Shown: piece by piece, positions 35,494 through 37,917 of the stretch
Layout: every line of letters starts with the position of its first letter
Position numbering within the stretch: position 1 is the first letter of the stretch
From: Elusimicrobiota bacterium
Lineage (GTDB): Bacteria > Elusimicrobiota > Elusimicrobia > F11
Direction of reading: 5' to 3'
DNA length: 37,917 nt
Assembly (NCBI GenBank): GCA_046153645.1
Contig: JBJXGI010000066.1
Location: 1-37,917, forward strand
Notes under the pieces: generated by a model
What the model was told of the DNA's origin: nothing
Database searches by the model: none
The model's input: only the letters and a program-made list of their open reading frames with translations
Translations under genes and position numbers: made by a program

Positions 35494-37140
35494 TCATCTC
35501 TTGGTCCGTTCCTCATCCAAGCCGCCGAATTTAAGTCCAGACTGAATAGAAAAAACCAATCGCGAATTTTGATCGTTGTTATTGAGTGCATAAGCAAGAT
35601 CGAACCGGATGGGTTCGTTGCGGCTGGATCGGGAGAGGGCAACTCGGAAACCAATCCCAACCGAACTACGAAGGTCGGACAAGCCCATTGTGTTTTCCGG
35701 GTTCCATGAATAACCAGAGTCAAAGAAAACAGCTCCACCCAACGAAAAAAGATGAAGCACGTCTTCCGCAAAAAACATCCGGTCTTCCAGATTAAACAAG
35801 AAACGTCTTTCCCCTGAGAATTCTCCGACACCGTAGCCTCTTAAACCCGTATCTTCGCCCAAGAGCAAGTAATTTTCTGGATCTAAACGGTATCCGTGAT
35901 CATAAGCGAGGTGGACTGCCAATGTATTTCTGGAACGTAAGCGATTGAAATATTGGAGGTCTAGGGAAAAAAGGAGATTGTCAGTTTTGTCATTAGCAAT
36001 TCGAGAATTGTATTTTGCTCCACCCAACACAAAATGCCCGGGTTGAAAGAGATGCCCATATTGACCACGCAGTTGAGGGAGAAGCTCCGTGCGTCGGTTG
36101 GCTTCCCAATTTTGTCCAACACCAAAGGTGAAACCAGCTCCCGCGCCCAAATCAAAGTCTTCGTCACGGTCGAATTTTTCGATGTGACGCTCTTTAATAA
36201 AATCAAGTTCTTTCCAATCAGCTCCCAGTTCCACCACACTTAAAGCAAGAGGCGGCTTTAAAAAACCAACTGTATCTCCGCTCACTGGCTCGTATTTACG
36301 AGTCTCGTGGCGATACGCTACTGTCCCTTGGCGCGTCATCTTAGTTGTGGATCCAAATGACCGTCCTAAAAGAAAAACCGCTTGCCGGCTCTCCGTCTCA
36401 AACTGGCCGACCTCATGTCCGTCACGATAAGCCGGCAAAACTTCCTCATTAAAAAAATTGGATATCTCAAAAGAATTTTTTGATTGAGAGGAACTAAAAA
36501 ACTTTGAAAGGGACGCGCCATACTGCCGAAAATCTGTTCCACTCAAATAATCCCCAGTCAAACTCATCTTTCGTCCAAGGAATTGTTGATCTTTATAGGA
36601 AAATGAATTGTGGGTTCCATCAGGTCTTCGGTGAATAAATGCTCCCATTCGTTTCCCCGTCCCTAATAAATTTCTTTCAACAATGCCCATTTTCGTGGTG
36701 GATTTATTGCCGACGCGACTAAAGTTAAATTGCGGTTCAAGTGTCCACGTATCTTTCGTGTGCACGACTACATCCACCACTCCATCTGGATGTTCCTCTG
36801 TCGTGATCCTCACCCGTCTCAGAAATTTAAACCGACGAAGGTTTCGCTCGGTTTCCTCTATCAAGTCAGGATCATAAGGGTCGCCCTCTTTAAATAAGAG
36901 CTCGAGACGAATGACGCTGTCATTCGTTTGAATATGCAGAACATTGGCGGCCCGGTAGATCCATTTCGACTCTGAGGGATCGGTCGGGTCAAAAATATCT
37001 CGATTATCAATCGTGATTCGACCGATCGTCTTTCCTGGAATGCCTTGAGCCTCAGATCGAGCGTCCATTAAGACGCTAATAATTATCAGAGCGAAAAATG
37101 GTTTGGATATACTGAAAATGAAGACGTTTTTATTTCCCAT
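35494..37140 (-). CDS. Omp85 (BamA/TamA-like) protein with one POTRA domain
   Basis: Signal peptide; POTRA IRLELLFKEGDPYD...ETERNLR; ERNLLGTG; LRGY; FFDSG; VGIGFR; RFDLAYAL. Confidence 0.85.
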   Translation of the reverse strand: MGNKNVFIFSISKPFFALIIISVLMDARSEAQGIPGKTIGRITIDNRDIFDPTDPSESKWIYRAANVLHIQTNDSVIRLELLFKEGDPYDPDLIEETERNLRRFKFLRRVRITTEEHPDGVVDVVVHTKDTWTLEPQFNFSRVGNKSTTKMGIVERNLLGTGKRMGAFIHRRPDGTHNSFSYKDQQFLGRKMSLTGDYLSGTDFRQYGASLSKFFSSSQSKNSFEISNFFNEEVLPAYRDGHEVGQFETESRQAVFLLGRSFGSTTKMTRQGTVAYRHETRKYEPVSGDTVGFLKPPLALSVVELGADWKELDFIKERHIEKFDRDEDFDLGAGAGFTFGVGQNWEANRRTELLPQLRGQYGHLFQPGHFVLGGAKYNSRIANDKTDNLLFSLDLQYFNRLRSRNTLAVHLAYDHGYRLDPENYLLLGEDTGLRGYGVGEFSGERRFLFNLEDRMFFAEDVLHLFSLGGAVFFDSGYSWNPENTMGLSDLRSSVGIGFRVALSRSSRNEPIRFDLAYALNNNDQNSRLVFSIQSGLKFGGLDEERTKR

Positions 37141-37146
37141 ATGATC

Positions 37147-37200
37147 AGTATGGAAATTGAGTCTTAATGCAGCTTTAATGTCAGATTAAAGGTTTTTAAT
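37147..37200. promoter_or_regulatory. 11-bp-periodic TTAA array with -10 for the Omp85 operon
   Basis: ttaat/ttaat/ttaaa/taat at 37164, 37175, 37186, 37197. Minus strand: 11 nt, CATACT, 6 nt, ATG. Confidence 0.55.
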
Positions 37201-37917
37201 AGAGAGGGAGCGTCAGTGTGAACTCAGAACCTTCGTTAACAACACTTTGAACCGTGAGGGTCCCATTGTGGGCTTCGGCAATGGACCGTGAAATTGCCAA
37301 CCCCAACCCCGTTCCGCCAGCCTCGCGGGAACGGGCTTTGTCGACACGATAAAACCGGTCGAATATTTTTGATTGATCTTCCTGGGATATGCCAATACCG
37401 GAATCTTTAACAGAAAGAACCAATTTATTGTCTTTGAACGATCCGGAGAGGATAATTTCTCCACCCGGCCTATTATAATGAATAGCATTTTCAATGAGAT
37501 TGATGAGAAGTTGATGAATTCTGGCTTCGTCAAAATGAGCTTTTCCTTTGGGAATATCTCCGTGCCGAAGGGTCACCCGTTTTTCAGCGTTGAGCGCTTG
37601 AGCCTCTTCAAAAACATTCTCTAGAAATGTTTCTAGGTCAACATCAACTTTCTCAAGTTTCAATTCACCCGCGTCAGTACGCGCCAACGATAACAAACTG
37701 GCTACTAATTCACTCAGCCGTTCCGATTCCAGATGAACCGTGTCCAATATCTGCTCGTATTCTTCAACGGACCTTTTTTTACGCATGGCTACTTCTACCG
37801 TGCCCCTGAGTCCGGCCAATGGAATTCGCAATTCATGAGAAGCGTCGGCTATAAATCTTTTCATTTGATTCATTGTCTGCTGAATGCGACCGAGCAAATT
37901 ATTAAGAGTATTAGTGA
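37196..37917 (-). CDS. Sensor histidine kinase, C-terminal part (runs off window)
   Basis: HAMP-end TNTLNNLLGRIQ, SHELRIPL, NLIENAIHY, DSGIGI, GTGLGLAI. The frame is open to the window edge. Confidence 0.9.
   Translation of the reverse strand, partial: TNTLNNLLGRIQQTMNQMKRFIADASHELRIPLAGLRGTVEVAMRKKRSVEEYEQILDTVHLESERLSELVASLLSLARTDAGELKLEKVDVDLETFLENVFEEAQALNAEKRVTLRHGDIPKGKAHFDEARIHQLLINLIENAIHYNRPGGEIILSGSFKDNKLVLSVKDSGIGISQEDQSKIFDRFYRVDKARSREAGGTGLGLAISRSIAEAHNGTLTVQSVVNEGSEFTLTLPLY

Noticed and set aside
35481..35831. N-terminal extension of the ICMT-like ORF (also the track extensions of TlpA, DUF3570, DUF4266, patatin and the 14637 lipoprotein)
   Set aside because: These overlap upstream genes; better starts with SD sequences or stop-start overlaps lie downstream.
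1..37917. CRISPR arrays, tRNA/rRNA genes, integron attC arrays, intact IS or prophage genes, clear Rho-independent terminators
   Set aside because: None recognised by eye in the short intergenic spaces; tRNAscan, Infernal and IntegronFinder would be needed to exclude them formally.

Overview
Window from a diderm bacterium. The phylum cannot be determined without a search; the argG-argH...lysA-dapF-dapA-dapB order is of the type seen in deltaproteobacteria, Nitrospirota and Elusimicrobiota. 1-13.0 kb is AT-rich core: a minus-strand argG-argH-tolC-patatin-TPR-lysA-dapF-dapA-[MNT-HEPN]-dapB run, a divergent degenerate flavoprotein disulfide reductase, and a PilZ-GAF operon. From about 13.2 kb, marked by a Fic pseudogene remnant and a visibly higher GC content, the region is an accessory mosaic. 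It holds: a four-gene secreted/outer-membrane operon behind a Pho-box-like promoter; an SRPBCC / AOX-PTOX-like diiron / GT2 / SDR / PTPS-II / DUF2867-SDR / CIA30 operon (candidate pterin-glycoside pathway); a VOC-DUF4266-DUF3570-ApbE-TlpA-CcdA trans-envelope redox operon divergent from an OmpR-family two-component system; an LplT-Aas fusion; sbtAB; and an Omp85 / ICMT-like / LTA-synthase-like operon downstream of a second kinase. Notable non-ORF signals are a palindromic repeat translated inside dapF and at the argH stop, matching 11-bp-periodic operator arrays in front of apparently leaderless genes, and a 14-bp direct repeat at 13301/32890. No rRNA, tRNA, CRISPR array, integrase or intact transposase was seen. 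All family calls come from motif recognition by eye, not database searches.
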